Shown: positions 42,751-54,927, counted from the first letter of the stretch. The stretch is DNA of 64,000 nucleotides from Eledone cirrhosa (GCA_964016885.1 OZ024741.1:73532001-73596000); one strand, 5' to 3'. Notes: a model not told the origin generated them from the sequence alone. Numbers and translations are program-made.

Positions 42751-43404
42751 AGCAGACAAACATACAGTAGATAGATACATATATATATATCTATGCTTAA
42801 ACAGCGTATATGTGGAGATTTTATGGTAAACTATTTTTTGTTTTTGTTTTTTTAATTAAAAAAAGCCTTCACTGTGAAAAGAATGAATTATGAATATATA
42901 TATATATATATATACCAGACACAAACTGGAATTATGTAATTTAATAGAGATGTGGCTTCTACTTATAGCAAGTCAACCACCACATAGAGGTCCTTTATTC
43001 CATTGTATTTGTAGTATATAGTAATTCTAGTTGTTTTGTTCTTGTTTAGCCTTACTTTGTCCGTGATCCAGCAAATCTATGATAAAAGTCATTCCAACCT
43101 TGACCATCCTATAGCATATCATATCTCTAGCAAGGACAATACTGGCCACTGCACCCTTCAATTTAAAAAGATAGACAGCTGTGATTTGAAGGGGAACTTG
43201 GTGTCTTTTCTAACAGGTCTTTAAACCATATAACGTCTTGCTCATTGGCTCATTGTGTATCTCTTGGTTTCAAACTATATACCTGTATGAAGGAGATAAG
43301 GTTACTTCTAGCAGGTCTGTAGACCACATACCGTCTTCTTCACCGACCCATATATATATATATATATAGTATATGTATATGTATATATATATATATAGTA
43401 TATA

Positions 43405-43441
<37 letters not shown>

Positions 43442-43569
43442 AAAGTTATATTTAAAATTGTTGGGTTACAACTAGTAAATATTTATAACTGATATAAAAG
43501 CACTCGACAAATATTTGGAGTATATTTACAATATTAAATAAATGGAAACTATATTTATAAAACCATATT

Positions 43570-43635
43570 TATTTCATTATATATATTTCGGGGATATCAT
43601 ATTAACAATATGCTATGCCTTCCTCAGACAAAATA
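43570..43635 (-). ncRNA. Minimal hammerhead ribozyme (left arm)
   Basis: Reverse complement of 43793-43858. Confidence 0.75.
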
Positions 43636-43792
43636 CAATATAAACAGTTTTATAGATAAATAGATTCGACATACCGTTATAACACCGACTTCCATTTGAA
43701 GAGGTTTAAGCTGGCAGCTTAAACCTCTTCAAATGGAAGTCGGTGTTATAACGGTATGTCGAATCTATTTATCTATAAAACTGTTTATATTG

Positions 43793-43858
43793 TATTTTGT
43801 CTGAGGAAGGCATAGCATATTGTTAATATGATATCCCCGAAATATATATAATGAAATA
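43793..43858 (+). ncRNA. Minimal hammerhead ribozyme (right arm)
   Basis: TATTTTGT-CTGAGGA-A-GGCATAGCATATT-GTT-AATATGATATCCC-C-GAAA-TATATA-TA-ATGAAATA. Confidence 0.75.
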
Positions 43859-43895
43859 AATATGGTTTTATAAATATAGTTTCCATTTATTTAAT

Positions 43896-43948
<53 letters not shown>

Positions 43949-44493
43949 AGATATCACTGCTCTTTCTAACAGGTCCGTAAAGCACATTCAGTGATCCTCC
44001 TTGCTGCACTACATACTTCTTTCTATCTAACTACATGAATAGTGTAAAAAAAAAAAAGGAGAAATAGCTGCATATTTTTAATCGGACGGTAGACCACATA
44101 CAGCCATGTTCATTGGCTCTAAAAGTATCTCTCTAAAAAAGACTGCTTTTTCTAGCAGGTCCATAGACCACGTATTGTCTTACTCACTGCTCCACTACAT
44201 ATTTCTTTGTTTCAAACTAGATAAACATGTATGAAAATATGGCTGCCCACTAAACTATTTACGATATCAAAGTGATATGGTGATTACAGTGTTTTTATTC
44301 GCTTATTTCGTCTATCTAATAGCCTATTTCCGTTGCAATCACTGTCAGCACCCACCACATCGAATTACACAGCACACATCACAGCATCTAACTAGAAATA
44401 ATAATGCTGACGTTATATTATTGTCATTTATCTCTAGCTTAAATAGCACTGCTTGCCTTTCTAATCTATCTGTTTCTTTCTCTATCTATTGAG

Positions 44494-44495
<2 letters not shown>

Positions 44496-44589
<94 letters not shown>
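44496..44589. repeat. (CTAT)n microsatellite
   Basis: Directly visible. Confidence 0.97.
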
Positions 44590-44721
44590 ATATGTATATC
44601 AATGTGTATGTGTGTGAGTGAGTATTTCCACCTCTCTTTTTTCTTTCTCTTTCTCTCATTATACATAGTTATTTACGTGAATACACATTCCCACTTATAT
44701 GTGTGGGTGGGGGGGGTACGC

Positions 44722-44752
<31 letters not shown>

Positions 44753-45051
44753 CGTGCTTGCGTGTGTGTGTGTGCGCGCGCGTGTGTGTGTGTGCGCGCG
44801 CGTGTGTGTGTGTGTGCACGCGTGTGTGTGCCTAAATTTATGTTTCAAATCAAGAGGTAGATCTCAGTGCGAAAATCGAGAGTAAATATTTACTGCAATA
44901 TTGAGAGTACTCTCTGTTACTACTCAGAGATTTTCTGTAACGTAACTGTTGCATGTTCAGTGACATACCTGAAACTCTGAGCCATTACATGGAGAGAGAG
45001 GGGGGCTTGAGAGAGAGGCAAGAGAGAGAGGGAGATAGAGAGGGAGGGAGG

Positions 45052-45107
<56 letters not shown>

Positions 45108-45250
45108 GAGTAAACAGCAACCGCACCAAGCATTCTTGCCGTTGTAGGGAGATGTTATCTTTGGACACCTTGCGACGTGAAAAACAAAATTGGTTAATGG
45201 GCGCAGAAACACACGTAAATCAACGACCATTCTATAATGTATATATATAT

Positions 45251-45670
45251 ATAAAATAAGTAAGTCAAACATGTTAAATTTGGCTTCCTTTATTATAAAT
45301 TCTCTGCTATATATATTTCAGTGACAGCTATTATTGGCTGTGACCTCTTTAGGCAGTACGAATTAATGTAGAAAGAACAGGTAAACTTGGTGTTGAAATG
45401 TGTTCCACTGAATTGACAGAGTTGAACACATTTCAACACCAAGTTTACCTTTTCTTTCTACATTAATTCGTACTGCCTGAAGAGGTCACAGCCAATAATA
45501 GCTGTCACTGAAATATATATAGCAGAGAATTTATAATAAACGAAGCCAAATTTAATATGTTTAACTTATTTATTTTACATTACTCTGGAGTAAACAAACC
45601 AACCTACGTACTTCGTCGAGTACTCCAGCCTACATACTGAGGTGTCGGTAAACAACCAACACATACTCAA
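45251..45670. repeat. Inverted repeat (about 155-bp arms, 45251-45577) plus tail; inverted PLE pseudo-LTR
   Basis: Arms complementary around a spacer near 45406-45423; hammerhead in each arm (left copy has CTAAAGA); tail hairpin 45581-45622. Confidence 0.9.
45473..45525 (+). ncRNA. Minimal hammerhead ribozyme
   Basis: CTGC-CTGAAGA-GGTCACAGC-CAATAATA-GCTGTCACT-GAAA-TATATA-TA-GCAG. Confidence 0.8.
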
Positions 45671-45807
45671 TATATATATATTTATGGGAAAATGTTCAAA
45701 ACCCCGATGGCAGAGCTCAAGCCGTGTCCTATTACCCACTCTACTACCCAAAGTATTGAGTGCTCTGGTGCGTTATGGTCCACCTGGTTCCTTACCACAC
45801 TTTCTTC

Positions 45808-45856
<49 letters not shown>

Positions 45857-45859
<3 letters not shown>

Positions 45860-46100
45860 AAACTGGAACGGGAACAAAAGCAGAGAGGCAGTACAAACAA
45901 AGGTTTATGAGTTTCACGCTCTTGAGAGTGGGGGGGGGGGCGCGTTTCGGGTATAAGCCCTTCTTCTGGAGAAAAGTGGGTGGGAGTTCCGAGAGTGTGG
46001 GGTAGGGGGGAGAGACATTTAGGTAAACAGGTGGAAGAGTACAAATAAAAATAAAAATAAACATAAAGATAAACAAGTGGTGGAAGGGTGTGGGGCGTGT
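45857..46100 (-). mobile_element. Copy of the pseudo-LTR family also at 53600-53922 (+) and 48420-48487 (-)
   Basis: Shared GAGCGTGAA..ATAAAC..GTACTGCCTCT..GTTC terminus abutting (TA)n; degenerate hammerhead CAGAAGA-A-GGGCTTATACCC-GAAAC. Confidence 0.7.
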
Positions 46101-47211
46101 AGGGGTGGTGGCGGGTGGAGTAGGGCGAGGGAGGCGGGGGGTCCGAGCGAGGAGGGCTGAAGGGGGTGTTTGTGTATGTGTGTAGGTGTAAGTGTGTGTG
46201 TGTGTATATGTGAATGTGAGAGTTGGGGAAAGAACGAGGTCCATGTTCAGGAAAAGGTGTGAGTGGGGGATGGGGTGTAGGTTGATGTGTGCGTGCGTAT
46301 AGATGGGGTGGGGGAGGGGGGATTCCAGCGGCTGAGTGTGTATATGTGGGAGTACGCACGTGTGTGTTGGTGTTTATACGTGGTGTGGATGTAGGTGGGG
46401 TGGTTCGAAAAAAATTGTGGGTGTATGTACGTGGGTAAGTTCCTAAGGGAGTTTCGTGGAGTGTGGGATGAGATGGCGGATATTTTCCATGTTATGGAGT
46501 AGATAGCTTTAACGATGACCGGTGGTGTGTAATCCGTGGGTTGTGGTGGTCGGAAGTGGGGAGATGTGGGGTGCGCGCGCAACAGCAAGTGGTCAGAGGA
46601 TATATATATATATGTATAAAAATATAAAAACAAATTTAATTCTAATTCGTCGAAACTGTTAGAGGTTGAGATCTGACAAGCGTATATTAATGTTTTGGAC
46701 CTGTTCGCATTCAACCATTCTTTTTCCTCCTTCCTATCTTCTCTTCCTTCGAGTCAAATCACATCTACCCGCTGATCTTTGAGGTAATATTTACCCAACA
46801 CCGCTTCGATGGTATTTTACTGTTCTAACAACTTCCATACGCCGAGTTTTCCCATTTTCCTGAAAAAATATGTGGGGGGGGGGGTATTTATATGTTAATG
46901 TAAATTCACCCGAAAGAATGACACTCTGACCTGAAACCAGCGGTCCTTGTGGTCTCTGGCCATCTTACTTTCATTTGGTTTGTTGCTAGAACGTCTTCAA
47001 ACAGTTAGAAAAAGGTTCTTGTGTCACACAATCACTTGTCTCTATAATATCTGACATGTCGTCACTTATTATGCCCATATTTTTCTTATTTTTTACCGTT
47101 CACCCCACCGAGCGTGAAGTAAAACATGTATTTCTTGGAAGGACTCGATGAGAGCATGACCTGCGACTGTTGCAAAAACATACAGATCCTTCTATAGTGA
47201 CGTCACTCTGG

Positions 47212-47263
<52 letters not shown>

Positions 47264-47399
47264 ATACATATATATATGTGTGTGTGTATACATATATATA
47301 TGTGTGTGCATGTATATATATGTGTGTGCATGTATATATATGTGTGTGCATGTATACATATATATATGTGTGTGCATGTATATATATATATATATATAA

Positions 47400-47933
47400 G
47401 GGTGTGAGTTCTTTTCTGAACCTGTTGCAAGCGCCTGGACCGCGCTTTGTCATGGTCAAAAGACCATCATCGCGGTACAAACCACCGCCCACGCTGGGGA
47501 ATTCTTCCTTGATAGAGAAAAGAAGGAAAAGGCCGATAAGATCTGTAACCTCCACCGAATCGCTGGTGCCCATACTCACGTCGAATGGGTTACTATTATA
47601 TTTTTTTTATCCAAATAGAGTCATCGAAATTAATCAGCGACTTACGGGCATTGAAGATGACATCAACTTCGAAATCCTTAAGTACCGTGAGCGTTTTAGC
47701 GAAATTGATAGCTCTAAGAAGAAGTGGTAAAGTGATGGAAGAGTAGTAGTTATTGATGTCGAGTTGGATAAAACGGCAATGTTCCTTGTTGCATATGCCA
47801 TTGAACCAATCAATCACCGCGAAAAATTATTCCACAGTGCAAGAGGGGCCAAGCTTCTAATTTCAGGTATAATTCTATCTAAAATCCTTTTATTAAGTCT
47901 ATCTAAATTAGACTTCGTAGGGTTAATTAGCCG

Positions 47934-47935
<2 letters not shown>
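47400..47935 (-). pseudogene. Penelope-like reverse transcriptase fragment (GLYRDDGL type, probably Naiad-like)
   Basis: VIDWFNGI..CRFIQLDINNYYSSIT, FDVSMGTSDSVEVTDLIGLFLL, GGLYRDDGL; one frameshift; bounded by (TA)n. Clade name is from recall. Confidence 0.85.
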
Positions 47936-47997
<62 letters not shown>

Positions 47998-48017
47998 GGT
48001 GTAAAACACGAGTTGTG

Positions 48018-48348
48018 ATATATTGGTAAAAGGAAAAGAAAATGCTGACAAATTGTTCCCAGTGAAAAATAGTTTAATTAGGAATAAGTAAAAATTAGTA
48101 ATAATTATTGGTTAGTATTCAGTTTAAGTTTTAAGTTTTTACCGGTTGCGCATTTCTAATGCTTTTCAAAAATAATTTTGAGATAGAGCGCCCGTGATGT
48201 TTGCTCTAGAGCAAACATCACGGGCGCAACCGGTAAAAACTTAAAACTTAAACTGAATACTAACCAATACTTATTACTAATTTTTACTTATTCCTAATTA
48301 AACTATTTTTCACTGGGAACAATTTTTCAGTATTTTCTTTTCCTTTTA

Positions 48349-48355
<7 letters not shown>
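48018..48355. repeat. Inverted repeat centred on TCTAGA (48205-10); left arm carries an extra segment of about 40 bp flanked by GCGC
   Basis: ATATATTGGTAAAAGG.. versus ..CCTTTTACCAATATAT; GCGCCCGTGATGTTTGC-TCTAGA-GCAAACATCACGGGCGC. Confidence 0.9.
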
Positions 48356-48422
<67 letters not shown>

Positions 48423-48483
48423 GGAAAAATTTGAACAGGGACAAAACAGAGAGGCAGTACAATAAATGTTTATTAATTTCACG

Positions 48484-48526
<43 letters not shown>

Positions 48527-48530
<4 letters not shown>

Positions 48531-49833
48531 GTTTGGACAGTAAGTTTCTGCCGTTTTTCAAACTTTTATTGCCTTTGACGTATTCTAACATTGGGAAAAT
48601 TTTACAAGTCAAAATAATCGCCATCATTTGCGATTACAGTCTGTCGTCGTTTAGGAAGGCACACGATTCCATCTCTGTAGAATTCTTCTGGCTTCGATGC
48701 AAAGAATTCCGTTAGCCATTGATTTAACCGGTCTTCATTGGTGAAGGTCTTTGACTGCATGGCATTGCTCATTAAGAGAACAAAAAGGTAATAGTCTGTA
48801 GGCGCGAGATCCGGTGGAAACGGCCATGGGGGGGGGGGGGGGCAGATCTCCCAACCTACCTTCAGCTGCTTTTCATGGGTCATCATTGATGCATGCGAGA
48901 GAGGGATGAAGGGAGGAAGGAATCGAACAGGACTATGTTATGGGCACAGCTTTTGCTTGCCGTTGTGGCGCACTTTCTTTATCAACCCACGATCGCTATC
49001 ACTTAACATTAATGTAGAAACACTACTTTTCATCACCAGTGACAATGGATCGTAACCAATTGGTTGTACGATGGTAGGAGTGCAGACAAGTCACACTTGT
49101 CGCCTGACATTCCTGATTGCGATCAATCAAATTGAGGCGCACCCATTGGTCCATGTTGGACACCTTTCCTATTGAATTCAAGTGATTGGGTGTGGTTGTT
49201 TTCGATGCCCCGAGTACTTCGGAGAGTTGGCATGATGTCTGGCGTAGGTTGGCTTCTACCAACGCACACAGTTGCTCCTCATAGAAGTCGGATGGACGTC
49301 ATACGTTAGGTCGATCTTCAAGGTTGTAATCACAAGAAAGGAAGCATATGACCCAGCCCTGCACTACGAAAGCCATGGTGTGTGAGCCAAATGCATTATT
49401 AATACGACAGTGGGTTGGCAGTATCGGTAGAGGGTCGGACGCCATGCTTTGACACATAGAGTTACGGCCCTTGCCATTCTGAGTTCAAATTCTTTGTCTT
49501 TCATCGTTATGGAGTCGATAAAATAAAGTACCAGTAATGCACTGGGTAATTGCTGGCCGTGTGCCAAAAGTAGAAACAATTATTAATACGACGAATTGAG
49601 GCTACTGCACTTAGACGAAATTTGAAGTCATAAAGTAAACAGCCACGAATAAACGATTTGGAGATCAATGCTGGTCCCTTTTGGACGGCGTAACAGAAAA
49701 TCAGAAATGCACACAATGTATACCAACATCACTTTTTATATATATGCGCCTGCACGACCGTCAACATTTGCAGAAAACTCTACCAAAATATCTTCTTTTG
49801 AAAAATGGCGCGAATTTTCTGTCCACCAGCCCA

Positions 49834-49836
<3 letters not shown>
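48527..49836 (-). mobile_element. Decayed mariner (DD34D) transposon interrupted by a SINE
   Basis: IRGCLLYDF, QWVR (WVP-like), SIVTGDEK, PPDLAPTDYYLF; imperfect TIRs TGGACAG..GCC.TTTTTCAAA at both ends in TA context. Confidence 0.88.
49409..49578 (+). mobile_element. CORE-type SINE, 14-bp TSD
   Basis: TSD ATTATTAATACGAC at 49395-49408 and 49579-49592. Confidence 0.92.
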
Positions 49837-49906
<70 letters not shown>

Positions 49907-50119
49907 TACAGTATCCTAAATGAGGATAGCAAGAGGAAGTATAAAGAGATGCGATACAGAGTGTTATTTGCCAAAAGCGGGTGCATAGGTGCTCGATGCT
50001 TGTATAATCAGGGTTAAATATTAGAGGAGTTAATATTTAGTGTACGAAGATAAGCAGAGCGGTTAAAAGCGAAAATATTAATGAAAGAGAGGCAAGCCGT
50101 TAAATCACGTTTATAAAAA

Positions 50120-50160
50120 GCTCTTATATATGTTTCGCCCAATGGGGCTCTTCTGAGGCA
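50120..50160 (-). ncRNA. Degenerate hammerhead (core CAGAAGA)
   Basis: Minus strand GCCT-CAGAAGA-GCCC-CATT-GGGC-GAAA-CATATA-TA-AGAGC; one core substitution and weak stem I. Confidence 0.5.
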
Positions 50161-50565
50161 ATTATAAAGCCAAAGTATTTAATAAAGTACCCTGTACGGG
50201 TAGAGACTTATTTTAACATCAGAATGCATTAGTCCGTATAGAAAGATGGAGGAAAAGTCATTGTGCTCAAAGGGACGTAATTACCGGTGCAAAGTAGAGT
50301 TATCTGTCAAACTAATGGCCGCTAGTAAAAAAAAATGTATTTATTGTTACAAGGAGTTAATTTAATTACGGTTTGTCAACTCAATTTAATGAGGCAGTGT
50401 TAAGGTATAAGTATGAGTATCAATAATGAGTAAAGTCATTAAAGACTATACATACATTTAGTTAATATAAAGTTGTAAGTTCACTGTAGGCTTAAAGGCC
50501 TAGAAAGGTAAAGACACTTTAGATGGAATCTGTATAATTATATGATCATTATTGTTTAAAGAGTT

Positions 50566-50742
50566 GGATTGGCAGTATCGGTAGAGGGTCGGACGCCATG
50601 CTTTCCAGCATAGTTACACCCTTTACGATCTGAGTTCAAATCCCGCCGAGGTTGACTTTGTCTTTCATCCTTACGGGATCGATAAAATAAAGTACCAGTA
50701 ATGCACTGGGTAATTGTTGGCCTGGTGTCTAAAGTAGAAACA
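50566..50742 (+). mobile_element. CORE-type SINE, 18-bp TSD
   Basis: TSD ATTATTGTTTAAAGAGTT at 50548-65 and 50743-60. Confidence 0.93.
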
Positions 50743-50900
50743 ATTATTGTTTAAAGAGTTTATTGGGTATAAGCGGCGGGTCTGTAAAATTACCCAAAGA
50801 TTAGCCTAGCAGTGTGGAAGAATATAGCGGGGTAAGCCCAACTGAATATATGTAGTGCAGTTCCCTGGAGGGAAAATACTTTTTTTCTTCGGAAATACTT

Positions 50901-50959
<59 letters not shown>

Positions 50960-50972
<13 letters not shown>

Positions 50973-51408
50973 AATTAGTATATCTACTAACATATATATA
51001 CAGATGCATACCTATGCTAGCAAATATATAGGTTTTGTCTTAGTAACTTTGTGGTTCAATGCAAGGGGATGCAGAACAATAATATGAAAGACGTAAAATA
51101 AGAAAATTATAAAAATGTACTTACTTACTAAAATTTCACTCCAACTAATTAGTTTCTGAAAGGGAATAAACATGGTTTCCGAAGAAACGCACGGAGAAAT
51201 CCTTTCGTCATCAGGGAAGTCTATTCTCAGCTAAGTTTCCAGGCAATGTGTGGACACAGGGAACTTATACAAAAATAATTCAGTGGATGGAAAAAATTGA
51301 ATTTGCCACCGACCGAGTAGGCAGTGATTTTTTCAAGGTCCTGGAACTTGAGTGAAATTTTAGTAAGTAAGTTAATTTTTATAATTTTCTTATTTTACGT
51401 CTTTCATA
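50960..51408 (-). mobile_element. Diverged copy of the 15.8-16.7 kb pseudo-LTR family with short inverted arm (51350-51408)
   Basis: Shares GACGTAAAATAAGAAAATT..CACTCCAACTAATTAGTTTCTG..GTCTATTCTCAGCTAAGT; hammerhead-like core 51164-51226 (-). Confidence 0.75.
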
Positions 51409-51490
51409 TATATATATAAAATCAAGGTCTAGCAAATAGAGAAAAAGTTTTTAAATAAATTTTAAAAAATTCGCAGTACTTACTATATGT

Positions 51491-51555
51491 GCCTTTCCCG
51501 CGGTTTCATGCACCAGAATAAACGGAAAATCCAAGCGGACCAATCTTCAGAAGGC
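51491..51555 (-). ncRNA. Hammerhead ribozyme, damaged copy
   Basis: GCCTT-CTGAAGA..GAAA-CCGCGG-GA-AAGGC: perfect stem I, but cleavage triplet GGA and a stem II deletion of about 17 nt. Confidence 0.6.
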
Positions 51556-51960
51556 TCTTCTTCCTCGGAGAATATAAAATTCCCGAGTTCAAATCACAAA
51601 CTGACGCCATACAAAACCACTCCAAAATGAGAGCGAATGATGAAAGAAATAATTCTATCTGGTACCGTGTGCAAAGAAAAAAGGCAGGGTGGACAGGTCA
51701 ATGTCCTACCACTAGAAATAGCAGCAGTCCAAACGGCCAAAATTTTATCTCTACCTTCCGGGGCGATCAATAATAATAAAGTATGAATTCCTACGTGTAA
51801 AAAATACATATAGGGAAACAACTATTATCCAACCGTATGTCAATGTTGTTCTATGGCGGGTTAATAAATTAACAAGCCAGAACATATAAAATCAAGGTCT
51901 AGCAAATAGAGAAAAAGTTTTTAAATAAATTTTAAAAAATTCGCAGTACTTACTATATGT

Positions 51961-52042
51961 GGCTTTACCGCGGTTTCATGCACCAGAATAAACGGAAAAT
52001 CCAAGCGGATTTCCATTGAGAAGGGAGCAATCTTCAGAAGGC
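51961..52042 (-). ncRNA. Hammerhead ribozyme with long stem II
   Basis: GCCTT-CTGAAGA-T-TGC..AATGGAAATCC-GCTT-GGATTTTCCGTT..GCA-T-GAAA-CCGCGG-TA-AAGCC; palindromic stem III ACCGCGGT. Confidence 0.75.
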
Positions 52043-52908
52043 TCTTCTCCCTCGGAGAATATAAAATTCCTGAGTTCAAATCGCAAACTGACGCCATACA
52101 AAACCATTCCCAAATGAGAGCGAATGATGAAAAAAATAATTCTGTCTGGTGCCGTGTGCAAAGACAAACGGCAGGGTGGACAGGTCAATGTCCTGCCACT
52201 AGAAATAGCAGCAGTCCAAACGGCCAAAATTTTATCTCTACCTTAGGGGGAGATCAATAATAATAAAGTATGAATTCCTACGCGTAAAAAATAAAAATAG
52301 GGAAACAAGTATTATATATATATATATATATAAATATAAATTAGCGAGAATCGTTTTCAGCTCAGGAATTAACGAAAATCAACGTCCGATATGTGTGGCA
52401 AGCGCTCGATGAATCATATGAATCAGAGCTACAACATACGTTAAGGGCCAAACACACTGATATATATATATATATATCCCTCCTTTTCACCGCCCACCCC
52501 ACACTAACAATACTAACACCTCCACTCCACCCCTCATCTGACCACCCTTCCCCAACTAACATACTAACATCCCTTCCCTCCCCTCTTCTCCTCCTCCCCC
52601 TCCTTATCACACGCACACACGCACCCACTTACACCACCCGCCCCACACGCAACTAACATCACTAACACCCTCCAACCCCACGCACACGTACCCACACACC
52701 CTCGTACACCACCAACTCTACACACCCTACCCCCACTAACCCCCACTCACACCTGCATTCCACCCCTCCCCACCTCCCGTATACTAACACCCACTAACAC
52801 CTCTTCACCAAACTACACACACACCAGTACACCACACTCTCTCCATAGAACCACACACACCCTTCTCTCCCCGCTCCACACTCACTCATCCCACTAACAC
52901 CCCTACTA

Positions 52909-52951
<43 letters not shown>

Positions 52952-53800
52952 CCTCACTCCAACTCTCACACCTACCCATCCTCGCCTCCCTACCATTCCG
53001 CCGACTGCTGCTATGCCCTTCCGACCACTGTCTCAGCACCAACTGACCACAGCACTTCAACTGCTGACCACTTCCTGTTGCGCGCGCACCCCACATCTCT
53101 CCTCTTCCGACCACCGCTTCTTGGATTACCCACACGCGTTATTGACTTCTAACCAAAATCTCCAAACATCCGTGTAACTTACCAACTTTTCAACCATCCT
53201 CTTACACCATCACCTATATAACTCACCCACACACACACCCCCAAAATTTTTTTTTATCCACACGCCACCCACACCCACAACACGCTTAAACCACACACAC
53301 GTGCTTCCCACCACATATTTACACCCTCAGCCTCCTGATTCCTCTCCCCCCACCCCCCTATCCACACACGCACAGACCCTCCGACCCATAAAAACACCCC
53401 CCACACACACCTTCCTGAACATGCAACCCCGTTCTTCCCCCAACCCTCACTTTCACATACACACACACACACACACACGCACACCTAACCACACACACCA
53501 CCTTCAGCCCTCCCCGCTCGGGCACCCCGTCTCCCTCTCCCCACTCCACCCGCCACCACCCTTACTCACCCCACACCCTTCCACCACCTGTTTACCCCCC
53601 TTTTAATTTCAGTTTATTTTGATCATGCCTTTATTTTTAAATTTTCTCATTCCTTGTATTTTGATCATGCTTTATTTTTATTTATTATTTATTATATTTT
53701 TGTCTTTATTTGTTAATTTTTCATTCGCACCGTTTCCTTTCGCTATATGTCTCTCCACCACTCCCCTACACACCTTTTGAACTCTGTTACCACACACTTC

Positions 53801-53834
53801 TCACCTGAAGAAGGGCTTATGCCCGAAACGTCGT
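53801..53834 (+). ncRNA. Minimal hammerhead-like motif
   Basis: CTGAAGA-A-GGGC-TTAT-GCCC-GAAA-C-GTC: intact core and stem II, but stem I is only 2 bp. Confidence 0.55.
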
Positions 53835-53920
53835 CCCCCACCTACCCCCCACTCTCTTGAGCGTGAATTTAATAAACATTTATCGTACTGCCTCTCTGTT
53901 CTGTCCCTGTTCAATTTTTC

Positions 53921-53970
<50 letters not shown>

Positions 53971-54023
53971 AGTATTTCCGAAGAAAAAAAACTAAGAGTG
54001 ATCTATGTATAAAACAGAGCTAT

Positions 54024-54112
54024 TTAATTAGAAAGTGAACACAATGTATAACTACTCCATTACCAAAGGTAATGGAGTAGTTATATATTGTGTTGTTCAC
54101 TTTCTAACTAAC
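54024..54112. repeat. Short palindrome with minus-strand tail hairpin (54000-54020)
   Basis: TATAACTACTCCATTACC-AAA-GGTAATGGAGTAGTTATA. Confidence 0.85.
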
Positions 54113-54115
54113 TAA

Positions 54116-54209
<94 letters not shown>

Positions 54210-54634
54210 TTAAGGATACTATTTATGGTTATGTATATACTAAAACTTTTTATAGTTATATATATTTTAAACCCTAAACAGTGAAAGTCAGTAATTTCTT
54301 ACTAGCTTATTACCAGTAAGATAAATAGCTCAATGTAATAACATCAGTTGTTCTACAGAGCAGTTATATAGAATACACAGGAATCAAAGCTATGTTCAAA
54401 GCATTTATTAGCTTACAATTGTTTCATCCAATAATTTTTAATTTTGCATTGATGTTGTATTTTAATTTTTATTGTGCTTTGATCCTGTTTTAATGTGATT
54501 TTGTTTTTGAACTTAAATTGCCATTCAGAAATAATATAATACATGTCACCCCACTGTACATCAATATATACATATGTATCTGTATGTCTCTCGCGTTGCA
54601 AAGGAGGTCATGTATGTGTACAAACATTGAAAAA

Positions 54635-54681
54635 TGCTCCGAAGACTTCAAACCTCGGTTTGGATGAAACAATTGTAAGCG
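54635..54681 (+). ncRNA. Hammerhead with one core substitution (CCGAAGA), inside inverted repeat 54366-54432 / 54660-54725
   Basis: TGCT-CCGAAGA-C-TTCAAACC-TC-GGTTTGGA-T-GAAA-CAATTG-TA-AGCG; palindromic stem III ACAATTGT. Confidence 0.65.
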
Positions 54682-54716
54682 AATAAATGCTTTGAACATA
54701 GCTTTGATTCCTGTGT

Positions 54717-54927
<211 letters not shown>

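Larger units (their letters stand above)
43528..43900. repeat. Apparently perfect palindrome, 186-bp arms, 1-nt spacer at 43714; inverted PLE pseudo-LTR with minus-strand tail 43440-43527
   Basis: TTTAAGCTG-G-CAGCTTAAA centre; no mismatch found by eye; hammerhead in each arm; tail hairpin 43501-43522 (-). Confidence 0.95.
51414..52308 (-). mobile_element. Tandem direct repeat (period about 470 bp) with one hammerhead per unit; retrozyme-like / tandem pseudo-LTR
   Basis: 51414-51820 is near-identical to 51884-52308; hammerheads at 51491-51555 and 51961-52042 (-); the spacer contains the bulged hairpin 51847-51884; (TA)n on both sides. Confidence 0.85.

Noticed and set aside
46380-46960. Possible further PLE ORF remnant and degenerate hammerhead (GAAACCAGCGGTC)
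   Set aside because: Only vague peptide similarity and the CTGANGA half is absent; too decayed to call.
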